Shown here in pieces: positions 27,581 through 41,419 of a stretch of 64,000 bases of DNA. A program made the position numbers and the translations under genes. The notes under the pieces are model-generated. The model had not been told where the DNA came from. It searched no databases and saw nothing but the letters and a program-made list of their open reading frames with translations. The stretch is from assembly GCF_000150275.1 (NCBI RefSeq), contig NW_002060944.1, positions 6,299,102-6,363,101 of the forward strand, read 5' to 3'. Within the stretch, counting starts at the first letter, position 1; each line of letters opens with the position of its first letter. Source of the DNA: Trichoplax adhaerens. Taxonomy: Eukaryota > Animalia > Placozoa.

Positions 27581-29600
27581 AATCACTAAAATTGGATCTC
27601 TGCTGGTATCAAGATTTTACACCAGATAGAACACGGTAGTACATTTTTTATTTAATTAAAAAACTAGCTTACTGTACATCTTGTACTCTTATAAACAAAG
27701 ACATTTAGTTACTCTATTTTTTATAAATATAAATAGTAGCTTTAAAAAGTATCTGAATCAGAAAAGTTCCGTTTACAGTGCATGGAGAAATTTACTGCTA
27801 TGATGACTATTATCTCTGCTTGACTATTAAAAGCACCATAGTTGTCATTGCTCACCACAAGCCATATAGTTCATTCTAGTTAGGATACACTCGTACTTCG
27901 CATAATATTAGCCTCATCTTATAAATCAGATTAAAATTTAAAGGAAAAAATAACCCCTACTAAACGGCTACGGAACTTTGGAATTGGACGACGCTGCAAT
28001 TAGATGGTTAGCAACATAGCATAAATAGACGTGTTATGATTTAGCGATGTCGTAAGGATATTAAATTAAATTTATAACAGTTAGTAAAATATTTACTATG
28101 ATAAAAGCTTTACAAAAAATGGTTGATAATAATAGTAGGTTATTTTTGCATCATGTAAAAAGGATGTGATCATAGATAATTTTTTCTTTTCTCTTTTAAT
28201 CCAATTTTTAAATTTATCCCGCGATATGAAGCTTAAACGGTTATTTTCTATTATAAGTATGATGTCTAATCAGTGAATTTCCGTATAATGCTATACGTAC
28301 AACGGCTGATTTCACTCAGATGTGATCTAAATAGCGTTAAAGAGATGTTGTTTAATATCAGAGATGACATTGGATGTAATGAAGTAGGTGATATTTCATG
28401 ACTAGCTCTGTTTCTCTAGAAATGTTATGATGTCAAACTACCATATCGTTTATCTCCGAATTTAATTAAAATGTGGTTTTGAGCAGTTTACGTAGTCGTA
28501 AACTAACTTATGACATTTATAAATATAAATCGTCACAATGGAAATATTGCATAATGCACGGGGACGGTTTCTACTCTAATTGTCATTATGTATATAATAC
28601 AATTGGGGCTTGTACTCTCTCATGAAGTGCCATCAGTATTATTACAACTTACTCAACGAAAAAATTTGTATTTAAATCTTTTTCATCATGAGGACAGCGC
28701 CGGTAATACACCATCAAGATCAATTAGTCGAATCCATAGAAGGGCACCTCTATAGTTAATCATAAGTAGGTACGATGATATTTTTTACAAAGTTATTGCT
28801 TGCACGTACCAACTATTAATAACGTGTACGTTACGATTTTGTGCACTGAGTTATTTGTGTTACTCTATTCAATTTAGATTTAACGTCCAATGTGAAGCTC
28901 TTTCATTTGTTTTTAATGTAAGACTCCATGGAATAGTGTAAAGATATGGACAACTTTTTCACAAATACTTTAAACAAAAGACCCATCAATGAGTGCTAGG
29001 AGTGCTTAAACTTTACCAGATTCTATCATTGTACTAGAAATTCATTACAAGTTATCTTTCATAACAGGTAAGACATTACATTAATAACTGAATAGATTTA
29101 GAGTAGAGTTTTATGATTTCAATTCATAATAATTCAGTGTAACATATCACACAACAGCAAACAGAAATTGTATCGTTCATGCAAGCTGAAAATAACATAG
29201 TTTAAACACTACAAGGAATAAGTCATCTACATAAGAGTAATGACATACCTGGTTAATAACCCTTAATGTTGCAACGCTTTACCGATCATGTTCATTCTAA
29301 AATCAGAAATAAGGAAGCCACAATAACAGATGTACTTGTTAATTGACGTCTTACGATATGGCATCGCTATTTTGTGACAAATTTAATTAAGTGTTTGTGA
29401 AAGATAGTGAACATGCACTTTTAGTAACAAGCGGTAGTAGTAGGTATTGATATTTTTCTTCTTAAAAGAAGATCAAATAGATCGGATGCGTATCTTAAAA
29501 TCAAATTTTACTAAGCAAATGCCTGCTCTTAATTAAGAGCTTGATTTATTTCTACCTATATGTAGTAACAATGCTGATATAGAGTTCTATTTGTTTATAC

Positions 29601-29682
29601 ACGCAGCAGACTTATATCTACGCTCAGTAATTTGATACGTTTATAGACGCAGTAGACTTATCTACGCTCAGTAATTTGACGC
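29601..29682. repeat. Short tandem duplication, ~47-bp period, 2 copies
   Basis: acgcagcagacttatatctacgctcagtaatttga at 29601 versus acgcagtagacttatctacgctcagtaatttga at 29648. Confidence 0.85.
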
Positions 29683-30799
29683 TATTCTTTTAATAATTTG
29701 AAATCATACGCTACAGTATATTGCCTGGCAAATTATGTTGTACTTTGATCTTGGAGAGTTACTTATTTGGTATGATACTGTGATGAGGAAGCGTGCTTAC
29801 TTAAAATAGTGTAGTTGCTACAGTACAACTGTAAGTGGAGAGAGAGTAAAGAGATATCATTCGACGATGCAAAACTCTCTCTCTGTCTTACTATCCTAAT
29901 ATACGAAAAACGTGCATTTAATACCGCATATACATTTATATATTTACCTATTCATTACTGTATTTCATCAAATCTAGACTTTAGAATTTTTGATTTTCTT
30001 TATCGAAAACGCAATATTACTGTTTGCCACGGCCGATTTATCCATCCGATAATATAAAAGTATCGTAAGTAAACTAGAACTTATAAATATTAATTGAATA
30101 CCATTATTGATGATCAGTTATAAACAGAATTCAGTTTTAAACTGCGGTAACTGTGCCCTTACAATTTACTGCAACATTTTAGACGTAAACAGTTTTTAGG
30201 TATTAAACTCTACTACTGCTGTAAACTATTGCATCTTCTCATATACTACAATGATGATCAATGGTAAATTAATATTCTTGTACATTGTAAGTATTATGAT
30301 AAATATATAACATACTGACTGGGATTATATCAGAAACTATATGCCTTAAAGATTACAGAACACGTGCACATATACAATATAGTAAAACTGAGATTACACT
30401 ATTGAAGCAATGAATGCAATCGGACAATTTTACTATGACTTGTATCGAGTTTCAGTAGGCAATAGCTATTGCATTTAATATTACATGTTGGTCGTAAAAC
30501 AACTACACTACATAATATGCATTCGTCATAGCATGCCACATTAGCAGCAAATTTTTATTTCAATCTGATCCTAAGATCGATAAATCGTTAGAATTATCTA
30601 TTTTCCTTTCACTCATCTACTATTAGTAACATTTGCTACTATAGAATAAATAAATGTTGATAAGTTTATTGTAGGAATAATTATTGTAAATGACCGAATA
30701 TGTATAAATAGAAAAGGGATGAATGATAAATTAGTACATTGTAAAACTTAGTCAATATCACAATTTCTGACGACTACTTATGTAATTATTGTTAATGCC

Positions 30800-31450
30800 A
30801 TCATACTTGTTGACTATCGAATTTACTTGTCAATTTGGCATGAAATAATGACATCTTGTACCACTCTGTCCAACATCATGGTAGACATTCCCAGGTATAA
30901 TTATCTAAACAGCAATTGCCATTCGTCCTTCATGGACTTTGATCGATTGTGGTTAGTTTATTACAATTTTACCAATTTATCATCCACAATCAGATTTTAC
31001 AGAGCCATCACAGTCTTCATGGATGGATGAAAAAGTGATCATTTATGGTTATTTGTTAGTTTTCCTAAAACCTTACATGTGACTTACAGCTTCTAATAGT
31101 GGTAGTTTCACAGCCGCATAATTGATGAGTAAGCAGCAGTTGGTCACTCATTATATACTATTACTACCATCATCACCCAATTATCATCATTGATTCGCTT
31201 ATTGACGATCAGTTATTTTGATCATGCATCATCTTTGACTCTCAACAATAACTGATCTATTCGTCATACGGGCCAATATGTTAATCATTAGTGATATCTT
31301 GTATTGCTACTGTTTTATTACTCTGGCATTTCATCACCATCTTTGACTTGCATCATAATAAATGACAGCTTTGTTTGTCATTTATTACAATAACCTGATT
31401 TCATTGGTATCTCCATTTGTCAGTTATTAATCAATCAGATAACCGTTAGT
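30800..31450 (-). pseudogene. Possible decayed TPR-repeat gene relic
   Basis: The minus strand reads GNVYHDVGQ (~30895-30868), resembling the LGxVYxxxG core of TPR repeats, within stop-riddled coding-like sequence. Only one clear motif. Confidence 0.3.
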
Positions 31451-32989
31451 CACCATGCAACATAAAATATATACGCTTAGGAAGGCTGAAAAATAGTAGT
31501 TTTATACACATACAGTAGTTAACCCGAAAGTATTTTTCGCAACTGAACTATGCTACAAAATCATTACAACCGGGTAGTTGTGCACAACTGCGTATAAGGT
31601 ACAAGTAACTGTGTAATCATTCCGTTGAACGGAATCAGAATAAAACTTCCAATTATGTTATCTTGCTTTCCTAGAATGGATAGACGTTAAAGCACGTATT
31701 ACTGGAGTTGCATTTGTCAATTCATTTTCGATAATTAAAACCTCTTTCTAGTAGTCAGTACTAACTGGTTCTGAATACTTCTCAGCGGATACGAATCTTC
31801 GACTTTAATTATATTATCCGTACGATAAGTAATATAATCATTATCATGGCCCCCAAATTGCTAGAGGTGCATTTCTGATGATGTGTAAGGTAGTTAATAT
31901 ACGAGTATACTGTACGATTGCCATCTGCCAGGGAATCGATCGATCGATAAAATGGAGCTTGATTGAGTAGTCCTCCTTAGCACTCGCAATTGTATATTAA
32001 TAGTTCTCATAAAAGTTCCAGTAACAGCTAGTAAATCATTATAATATAATCCTTTAAGATGTTCGATTTAATTCGTCACTGATATATATTGATTGTATAA
32101 TTTAAAAATCTGCTTATCTACTGACACTCGTACTTGCACTGTAATTTATAAGCGATTAATGAAGAATATTTCAATATTTAAATGCAGCGGATAGTTATAC
32201 AAAATATGATTTACAATTTGATGTAGTAAGACATGAAATGTATCTATTGATGTACTATTCCCGGTATTATAGCGGTATACGCCACGTCAGAAATGATATA
32301 TTGCTGGCTAGCATCATCAACCATTAGGGCGTCATTGCGGGGAATACTTTAGTTGATTACAGTTAATTGCACGTTATAAATATACCGTATCTGCATCGTT
32401 GTACGTCCTACGACTACGCTATTGGAAAATATAATTTCTGATGGAAATAGATAGCCCACTCCCTCTCACTGTATGCTGGCTGTCATGATCTATTACTGAC
32501 ATTAGTAGTTTTTGAAACTTCTTTTCATCTCCAACAACATGGCATCAATAAGTTAACAGTTGACACTCAACAGAGTAAGTTGATTCTATTATTGATCAGG
32601 CGAAGTATGGTACGGTATTACAGTTAGGAACTTGTGGAACACTCTCCCTTTTAGAAATGCTTATTATTTAATAGTACTGACATGGCACACAGACTACAAG
32701 ATATAGTAATGCAGTGAGAGAAGAAACTGGCGACTGTTGGTTTAGCTCGCTCGATCATTCAGTCGTCGCTTGTGTCGTGTCCATAAACACAGAAACTGCT
32801 AGTAGTCCATGATTGATTGGTTCGTTAATGTCATTTAGTAATGAAGAGATGTAGATAGACTGAAATCTGGTAAACTGACGTTGTTTTATATTCATTTCTT
32901 TCTTTATTTATTCTATTTACAATGTTTATTTGTTTGGTATGGTATTTTTGATATGACGTCCTAAAAGTAACCAACAGTGATTATACCAA

Positions 32990-34500
32990 GGTATTACTGT
33001 ACAGTGTAGAGTGTAGAGTACAAGCACCAACCGTACGCAATGTACTGTACTGTACTCACTTGTATTGTACTGTACTGTACTGTACATTGCGTATTCTAGA
33101 ATCGCTTATGACAACTGTTTGACTGCTTTTTTTTGTTTTCAGCCATCGCAAAAAGTTAAAGTACACTGCTGCAATATACAGTACAGTACTCCACAGTGGC
33201 CATTCCTCTCTCCTTTTGATATTTGATGTAAAGTACAGTAGAAGAAAACCGAGAGAAGGTTCGGTCTTGTTCTAATATACTGTACAGTACAGTACATGTC
33301 CAGTAGTCGTAGACCTGAGAAACAGTGGTCCATGACTGTCTGTGCAGTAGAGTTCAGTACTGTACAGTACAGTAATCCCCCCCCCAAAAAAGGAAACCTA
33401 CAGTACAGTACTGTACAGTAGGTACTGTAGGCTAGTAAGCGACCGATGATCCTCTTTTCGCGTCCAGTACTGGAACTGGTTCTTTGTTTCAATATTGATT
33501 TATCTGCAATATACTGGTACTGTACAGTGTACAGTGTGTACAGTATTACTTATTGTTATCATTGCTGTTATTGTTATTTATTGTTTAGAGTACAACATTG
33601 CAGCGCAATTTTATATATTTTTATCCTTATCTTTTACTGTATCGGTGTGGAAACCTTGGACAGATGTATTTACCGTGTACAGGGGCTTGGGATTGCCGAT
33701 TTATTGTACAGTATACTGAGTCATGGAAACCCCGGGGTTTATGGAGTAGTCCATGACTGAGTAACAGCACGATCACTAGATTGTACTCGTGTACTGTACA
33801 CTGTTACGGAGTGCAGAGTACCAATCAATTGTATGTACTGTAGACTGTAATCTAATCGACTGTCTTGTACTCCAGCACTCGTACTTGTCGTCAACGATGA
33901 TTTACGACTTGAAATACAATATGTTAACAGCACATACAAGTTCCTTATGATAATGAATAACAGAGCGCAATTGCTGTAAACAAATAAGAGGAAAAAAAAT
34001 TACGGTATGGTACGATACGGTACAGTACGGTATAGTGGCATTAGATTACAGTATAGTACTGTACTGAACAACAAAATAAATAGATGTTGTATTGAGAACA
34101 ACAAAAGCGATGTTGGAAATTGTATTACAGTACTGTGTTGTACTGGATATTGATTGGTACGATACATGACGCGATGTATGTTGTACAGACTTGTAGTATT
34201 ATACTAGTTGTAGCCGTTTTGTTAAACGTTAAAAACATTCAAACATGTACACATACATTGTACATGGCTGATTAATGACCTTGTTTTTTTTCTCTTACAA
34301 TATGCAGTTTTATGTTAGTGGAGCACCCACCGCCAATACAAGCCCAACATAGTATACTGTATACTGGAAGTCAAGCGACATAGAGAAGTAAGACATTTTG
34401 AATCGAATCCCAGCACTTGACCGTACAGTCAGTTGTACACACTGTTGTATCATTTCAAACTGCTGTCTCCATTCTACAGTATACTGACTGTACTGTAGAG
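32990..34500. repeat. Dense array of CAGTA/TACTG pentamers and TACTGTACAGTA palindromes upstream of zinc-finger gene B (candidate promoter/5' region)
   Basis: Examples: tgtactgtactgtact (33041), gtactgtactgtactgtac (33067), cagtacagtactgtacagta (33401). These arrays produce the spurious YCTV/QYST-rich ORFs at 33139-33939. Confidence 0.8.
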
Positions 34501-34584
34501 ACACATTCAATTCCGTCGGTTGGTTAATCCACTGCGCTAGAAATATTCTTTGCCTTTGAGCGCCTGACTCCGTACACATCTTTG

Positions 34585-36261
34585 ATGGCAGGAGGTATGG
34601 AGGAAGCTGTTGACATGATCCAGGCGATTAAGTCAAGCAGTACGCCATCAGAATCCTATCAACGTTTTCATCAATTTGTTCAATGGTTGATTAAGACTAT
34701 AGAAGATCACAGATTGGCCAATTCCAATATTGAAAAACTAGTCTTGATGCTACATGAACTGGCTCGAGAGTTAACCAATTATCGCTTAACGTTACCGCAT
34801 GCAGTCGCTGAAGGCCAACGCGGCGACATACACGTAATTTTATATAATATGACATGCTGGTGTATTCAATTAATTAACGCTCTAAAAGAGAATTGTTCTA
34901 CAGACAAGTTAAATTTCATATTAGAAGCCACTACCCAAGCAGCGTTGGTTTATGCTGGACTAATTACTATTGCAGCATCGGGTAGTAATAGCAGCAATAT
35001 CATCGGGCCTAGCCTTGATAACACTTCTGACGTTGACAAAGATATCAACATAGACAATTGTCAGAGTGCTTCACGGCCTGCCGTTTCGGCACAAGGTATC
35101 GACGATAGCAACATCGCTAGCAAAAGTGGAAATTCTAGTCCAAGTCAATACGAACCTCATCAAAGCCGCACCATCGCCAATAAATATTCTAACCTTGGCC
35201 AAAAAGAGCTTACTAGCAAAACCCTTGAATCGACGACGTTAAAAGAGAGCGAGGTCAATGTCACACAACCATCATGCGAGAAAGAGAAGAAGTCTCGAAA
35301 ATCTGTTGAGGAAGACACCACCACCATAGTCAGTACAAATACGCGATCTGATGATGACAACAGCCAACGATCCAAACGTGCATTAAAATCAAGTAAACGT
35401 GGTAATGATCGATTTGAAGTCCGAGAACGAACGAGCATCAAAACTTCCAGTAAGAAAAGCAATTTTTCTGTTAGTTACTTATTAAGCACTGCTTCTAATA
35501 AACAACGAAGTAATGTCAGTACAGGTAGCAAAAACAATTCTCCTTCAGATGAAGATAGAGTTACAAGATCGGATACTCTACTCCGCACTACAAACGTCAT
35601 GAGATTAAACACTCCTCGTGCAGTTCTACCCGGCAATAGCAACACTACACAACCATCCACCTTTATTAATCGGCCCTTACTAACTTATCATCCATCACAA
35701 CATCCGATGATAGTAAATGCGTCTAATAACAACGGACATCAAGCGCCAGTCTATTTGGCCGGCCCAAAAGTTGAAGGATTATATTACTACATGCAAACGC
35801 CAGTGGTGACATCAATTACCGGTCATACCAACATAAATACTCCAATTACCCCAAGCAGGGGTGAAATTCGTCCAGACCAAGCGAGCACAAGCAGCCAACA
35901 TCATACTCCACGTGAGGAAGAGTTACGTGGAAATTTCTTTACTAGTAACAAAGTATCGACGTTCGACGACAAGGACTATCTTCGTAAAGAAATTTCCAGT
36001 CCAGAATCGAGCTCCGCAATAACTGGACTTCGTGCTGGCGATCCACAGTCTAATGAAAGTAGAACTGGCAAATTATACCAGTGTGAAGTTTGTACAAAAA
36101 CCTTTGGCCGCGCTTATTCACTAACTCGTCATAGACGTATCCACACTGGCGAGAAACCCTACCATTGCGTCGTTTGTGGCAAATCATTCACCCAATCGTA
36201 TCATTTAAAGATCCATATGAAAACCCATAGTCGTGATCGACATCGATCAAGGGAGGTTTAA
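34585..36261 (+). CDS. Zinc-finger gene B: ~558 aa; N-terminal helical domain, eh1 motif and only two C2H2 fingers
   Basis: Single ORF (first ATG 34585; alternative ATG 34597). eh1-like FSVSYLL at 35464-35484. Fingers [49 protein letters not shown], then [10 protein letters not shown] and stop. Confidence 0.9.
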   Translation: MAGGMEEAVDMIQAIKSSSTPSESYQRFHQFVQWLIKTIEDHRLANSNIEKLVLMLHELARELTNYRLTLPHAVAEGQRGDIHVILYNMTCWCIQLINALKENCSTDKLNFILEATTQAALVYAGLITIAASGSNSSNIIGPSLDNTSDVDKDINIDNCQSASRPAVSAQGIDDSNIASKSGNSSPSQYEPHQSRTIANKYSNLGQKELTSKTLESTTLKESEVNVTQPSCEKEKKSRKSVEEDTTTIVSTNTRSDDDNSQRSKRALKSSKRGNDRFEVRERTSIKTSSKKSNFSVSYLLSTASNKQRSNVSTGSKNNSPSDEDRVTRSDTLLRTTNVMRLNTPRAVLPGNSNTTQPSTFINRPLLTYHPSQHPMIVNASNNNGHQAPVYLAGPKVEGLYYYMQTPVVTSITGHTNINTPITPSRGEIRPDQASTSSQHHTPREEELRGNFFTSNKVSTFDDKDYLRKEISSPESSSAITGLRAGDPQSNESRTGKLYQCEVCTKTFGRAYSLTRHRRIHTGEKPYHCVVCGKSFTQSYHLKIHMKTHSRDRHRSREV

Positions 36262-39200
36262 GAAGAATCTTCGGACATGGTAACTATTACTTTATGGTAA
36301 TATGTGTACAGGATACAGGATGAATACAGCACAGCCAGACTTGGAATCAGATGTATGTACATATATACAGTATATATAGCGCTGTAAAAGTGATTTAAAT
36401 TTTAATTTTAAAAATTGAAAAGTCGATTCATCAGTATTGTATTTAATATTTTGAAAAATTTTTTATGTCGATCACTTTTCTAGAAGCGATGCCCATTGTT
36501 TGGTAGTATATCGTACAGTGAACAGTATTTATATACATTTCTGTACAGTATGATATCAAATAAGTGAAGATAAATCTTTTTGATTAGGAGTTATTTATGT
36601 AAAATGAAATGAGCGATTCCCTAGCCCTTTGTACATACTGTAGTAATGTCGTAGCTTGATTTTCTACAGTATTGGCAATTACTTCTTTATCATTTATTTG
36701 TACAAGAATTAATTTAAAGTTTAAAATTTATTTGAGTTGTAAAAATCTACAACGCACAAGCCTTCTTTTCTCGACATTTTTTGAGTAGTGGTGATCTATG
36801 CGCACAAATTTTTATTGTTGACCAGAGAGAATCTAAAATTTCTTTCTAGAAATTTGCTCTCATCGTTCGAGCAACATGTAACATATCGAAAAAGAAAATA
36901 ACTCAATTCAAAATGCATATTGCTGATTTATTTACATATATTGTCCGTGTCAAGCATTACATTGAGATAAGAAGATAATTTATCCTAAAATTAGAAAGTG
37001 ACGAATTTATATACGTCATAGAAATGAATGTAAATTTTTTTATATATAGTGTCGTTTGTACTTCACCAATGCACTCTTAAACCTATCGAAACATTTCAAA
37101 TTTTTCAATCTCACGCTATACAGCATTATAAACCTTCTGATACGGTCGTTTTTGTACAGCAATAAATCTTATTTGTTACTTCCTAGCTTCGTTCGATTTT
37201 TGTCATTAACCTTAATAAGCTAAATTGTGTTCTTGCACGCCTATCGGAAATGTACACAGTACTGCACAGTGCAGTATAGCGCTTTAGTCTATTATACTGT
37301 AGTGATCTACTCCGATACAATACAAGGAAATTTGTATTGTTATCTACCAGTTAGCTACCTAAATTTTGACAGTATTGGCATTAGTATCTGCACGTATTCT
37401 AAATTGTTTCTGATGCCAACCTTGTAACAATTAGAGTTTCTCTTATCACGGATCTTCAGAGAAATCTTTGATCCTCTTTGACTTAGTTTGATGGCTCTAT
37501 AAAAATTACGCAGAGCATTGATGTGATATGAACACACTTTACAGTGCACTGTACAAGTGTACATCCCCTGTAGCAAATGTTAAGTTATACAAGTGGATAA
37601 ATCAACGCGTAGTACACTAACAGGCGCCTTTTATTGCAGTCGTCACACCTCAGATACGTATTTAAGTTTTACGTTAAGAATTTGGTGATGCAGTCGATTT
37701 TGTGCCAACACAGATTCTGTTCGCGATTTCTAATAACGGTTGAACCTGCATGATTTACTGAAATTATACAGTTTTAAATGTAATCTCGTATGCTAAACAA
37801 TGAGTGAAAGTCGTCTATGCTTCTAATTATTGTTGACCGGCATGTATGTAAGTATTACGAGAGAATCGTACGTTAAATTTACAGTATATTCCCGTTTACA
37901 TCACGTACTTTAATTACCGATTACGAAATCATAACGGTCCCCTTTTTTCGACGGTAACCTGAATCACTGATATGAAATGAAATAATGAAGTGAAATCCAA
38001 TTCATCAGTAAAACAGCAATTTAAATTTGCAGTACACATTCGTTTGTAAAGAGGCCTATATAATAATGTTGCACAATGCACATAGTTGGAGACTGCACTG
38101 TTAATACAGCATACAGTAATTTCCAATTACTAAATGCAGACAGTCTTATTCCCAACCCTGTTTCATGTTTGTGTTGTCGAAAAAAAACACGGCAACGGTA
38201 AAAAAAATAATATCGAACCCATACATGTATTGGTATTTTTATACTCTTTACTTACAGTATATCTTCCACTCAGTTGTAATGTGCCATATACGAGCACGTA
38301 CTGTATGTCATACAGTATCACAAATTCTGCATTTAACTCTTAATTTCAGCGATAACATTGATGCAGTCTGCCATAGCCAATTGGTAAACGACATATATAC
38401 AATACGAGCATTTTGACAGAGATAAACATAACGCGATAGATTTTTGATTTCTAAAGTATGAAGTAAGGAAAGCACATACAGATGCTCGCCACCTTGAATC
38501 AACTAACAGATAACCATACACAGTTTAGAAGGAGAAACTTCACAAGGGTACGTTTCGTTGCTACATATGCAGAAGTAGTGCTACAATTTTTGAAGTTATA
38601 CAGTAAAGTAGTTAGTTATAAGGAGGCTCTCGGAATTACGCCTTGTATATTATCATATGCATATGCAATATGTACAGTATAGCAACATATACAACGTATT
38701 ACGGCAAAGTCCTAACGGCATCATAGACAACAGTAATAAGCCAGTGAACAATTTATTTCTCCCTCTAAAAGAGTACAGTACAGTATGCTGTTCAAACTGA
38801 GCTCATATTAACAATAACAAAGTATTTGCCCAATACATTCTACAGAATAGCACAGTATAACTACGTCAGTTAGAATTTTAGGAGTCGAAATTTTAACATG
38901 AGATAAGTAAAAATAATAAAAACTACTCGGATATTAAACTATAGAACTGCATGTTCTTAGCGTGAAAAGGAAAAAATTAAAAATCGTATAGTGAGTAATT
39001 CGTGATCAATAATTATGATCAATTATCCAGTTATACGCTTGTGCCATGATTCCGACACAGAACTCTGCCTGATATTATTTCGAAATAAATCAGTCTATCT
39101 GCTGAAAATCAACAATACGATTTTATTATATAGAAGGAACACATTAAAATTTATATATATTTTGTATACGTGCTATCTGGAGCACATCGAATCCAACTGA

Positions 39201-40071
39201 TAAATAAATTTTACAGGTAGTAGGTTACTTTCGAGATAAATTCTCATCGAGAACTGATGCAGTAAAATGATACGGAGACGTTTAATGTAAGCAAATGAAT
39301 ACTGTAAAGAACTTCATAGTAAGAATTAAGCAATACACAGTAACCTCTAAATTGAGGTATTTTGATTTGTAATTGATAACGCTTACTTAAATAACGGATT
39401 CCAACTCTGGTGCTAAGCACAGAATAATGGTAATAAAATTAATTATATTTCTAAGTTAGAGAACAATGTTGGCTTTTGCAGCAACCATTATGAACATACT
39501 GGGCTATATTCTTACTGTACAGTAAAATATAGCCAGTAAATTAAGATACGAATCTTCATCCTCGCTGAATCACTGAATAAATAAGTAGATATATTCGAAT
39601 AGCGATACTGGGTTACAGTCTAATCAACTGTAGTTCTTAACTTTTTGATTCTGTACAGTTATCGTAATTTTCAATTTTTAAGTCTCTATCTTTATGAAGT
39701 TAACTAGCAGACTACCCCTTCAAATGAACGGGAATTAAAGTTCAAAGCAAACGCATGACTTATGCAAAAGTCATGAGGTAATCAGTATAGCATGTAAACA
39801 GTATTTAAATCGAGCAAAATGTATATATGTTTTTTGGCTACATGTAATGCTATGGTATACTAAATGGCAATTATACAGTATGTACCGCATAAGTGTAAGT
39901 TGCTGCGATCGCAAGAGAAGTTACATAGTCCTCTTGTGGAGCATTTCTAGATTACGAGCTAGTACAAAGATAAAAGTTCACAGTGTATACAGCCCCCCCC
40001 CAAAAAAAAAAATTGAGAAAATACAAATACTGTGCTGCAGTGATCTGAAGTATTAATACGGTACAGTAATA

Positions 40072-40088
40072 CTAACCCTAACCCTAAC
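40072..40088 (-). repeat. Interstitial telomere-type hexamers ctaaccctaaccctaac
   Basis: About 3 units of CCCTAA, flanked by CAGTA/TACTG motifs. Confidence 0.7.
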
Positions 40089-41419
40089 TATATTACTGTA
40101 CTTTACTGTAAAATTTTTAGAATCGTATGTTTGCAATATAGCATTACACAATTGATTGCAAACAACGCTGTGTATACCGATATGTGATAGCTATCATGGA
40201 GTAAATATGTTAGACTATAAAAAGTAATACAGGTATCCTTATGCTATTATCTCCTCTGCTTTTACGGTAAATGTCATTTTCATTTTCTTGTCACTGTGCA
40301 TAATGAGTGATATCAGTTAATTTTTTTTATCTTTGAGCGGTGTACATCTAGTGTATTACTATAGTAGTTAACATTCACCATGATGTTTCTCGTAAGTTGA
40401 TTACAATCATATTCACCACTTTTACCTATCGCACACTCGCGCGTAACTCTACGTACAGCATGTGCACGTAAATCAAATCTTAGTTTAATCTGATAAGGGA
40501 TATCAGAATATTGTAATTTCGGAAAAGCGAAATTTAAAAAAAACTTTTTTGGTGAAATTTGCATACCTTGATGTTGTTATTAGAGTTCTACGAGTTATAA
40601 GTTAAAAAGGTTGATGCGTTGTCATTAATGTGTACGAGTGACTCAATTTACTGTCAGTAACTGTATTCGCGTACTGAGTCGAAACGAGCAAGCGATACAT
40701 CCAGACTTCTTGTCTGATTATGCAATATAGACGTACAGCCCAGTACGCGTTGGATGCATAGCCTAAAAACTTTTTGCCTTATGATAGATTAAATATCTAA
40801 AATTAAGTACTTTTAATAGAATAATCTACGTGAATTGCAAATTCATTGCAATTTTTTTTTCTTATAGATCTATTTTATTTATTTTATATAATGGTCATAG
40901 AAAATATAGTAAGGTATCATGGTCAGTAGCCACAATAGAAATACGCATCTATGGGGTACTGACAATCTTCGTGAACTGTAATTAATTAGTAAACTTGCAA
41001 ATTGTTTTTTAAAGCTATGTGCCTGTCAAACTATGACCGGCCCAGGCTGATAATTGTTTGCCCGATGAAAGCATCAATAAAAACAATAGGCTGAGCGATT
41101 AAAAACATTATATTTCCCACAAGTACCTCGCCAGTATTATTGTTGTTTTGTAATATAACATACATACTCCATTGTTTTTATGTTGTAAAGCACATGTAAA
41201 ACAAGTTTAACCTGTCATTCATCCCTGTCAATTACAATTACGTATTGTTAACGTTGTAGTTGACCGGGACTCCGTGTTGTTACTGTAAATGGTACATTAC
41301 TAGTGTATGACCATATGGCCATGATGACTATGACAGACAGTATGACATACTATTCTATAGTTATGGTTTCTATGGTCACGGCGCATGCGTTTTTACGCTC
41401 AAGCATTAGACAGTAGGAT

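Noticed and set aside
33139-33939. Overlapping ORFs rich in YCTV/QYST
   Set aside because: These are translation artefacts of the CAGTA/TACTG array, with no domain signature. The same applies to 34310..34579, 41740..41967 and 52503..52751.
37227-40564. Numerous 60-85 aa ORFs between genes B and C
   Set aside because: No recognisable motifs or consistent exon chain; compatible with chance ORFs in non-coding DNA.
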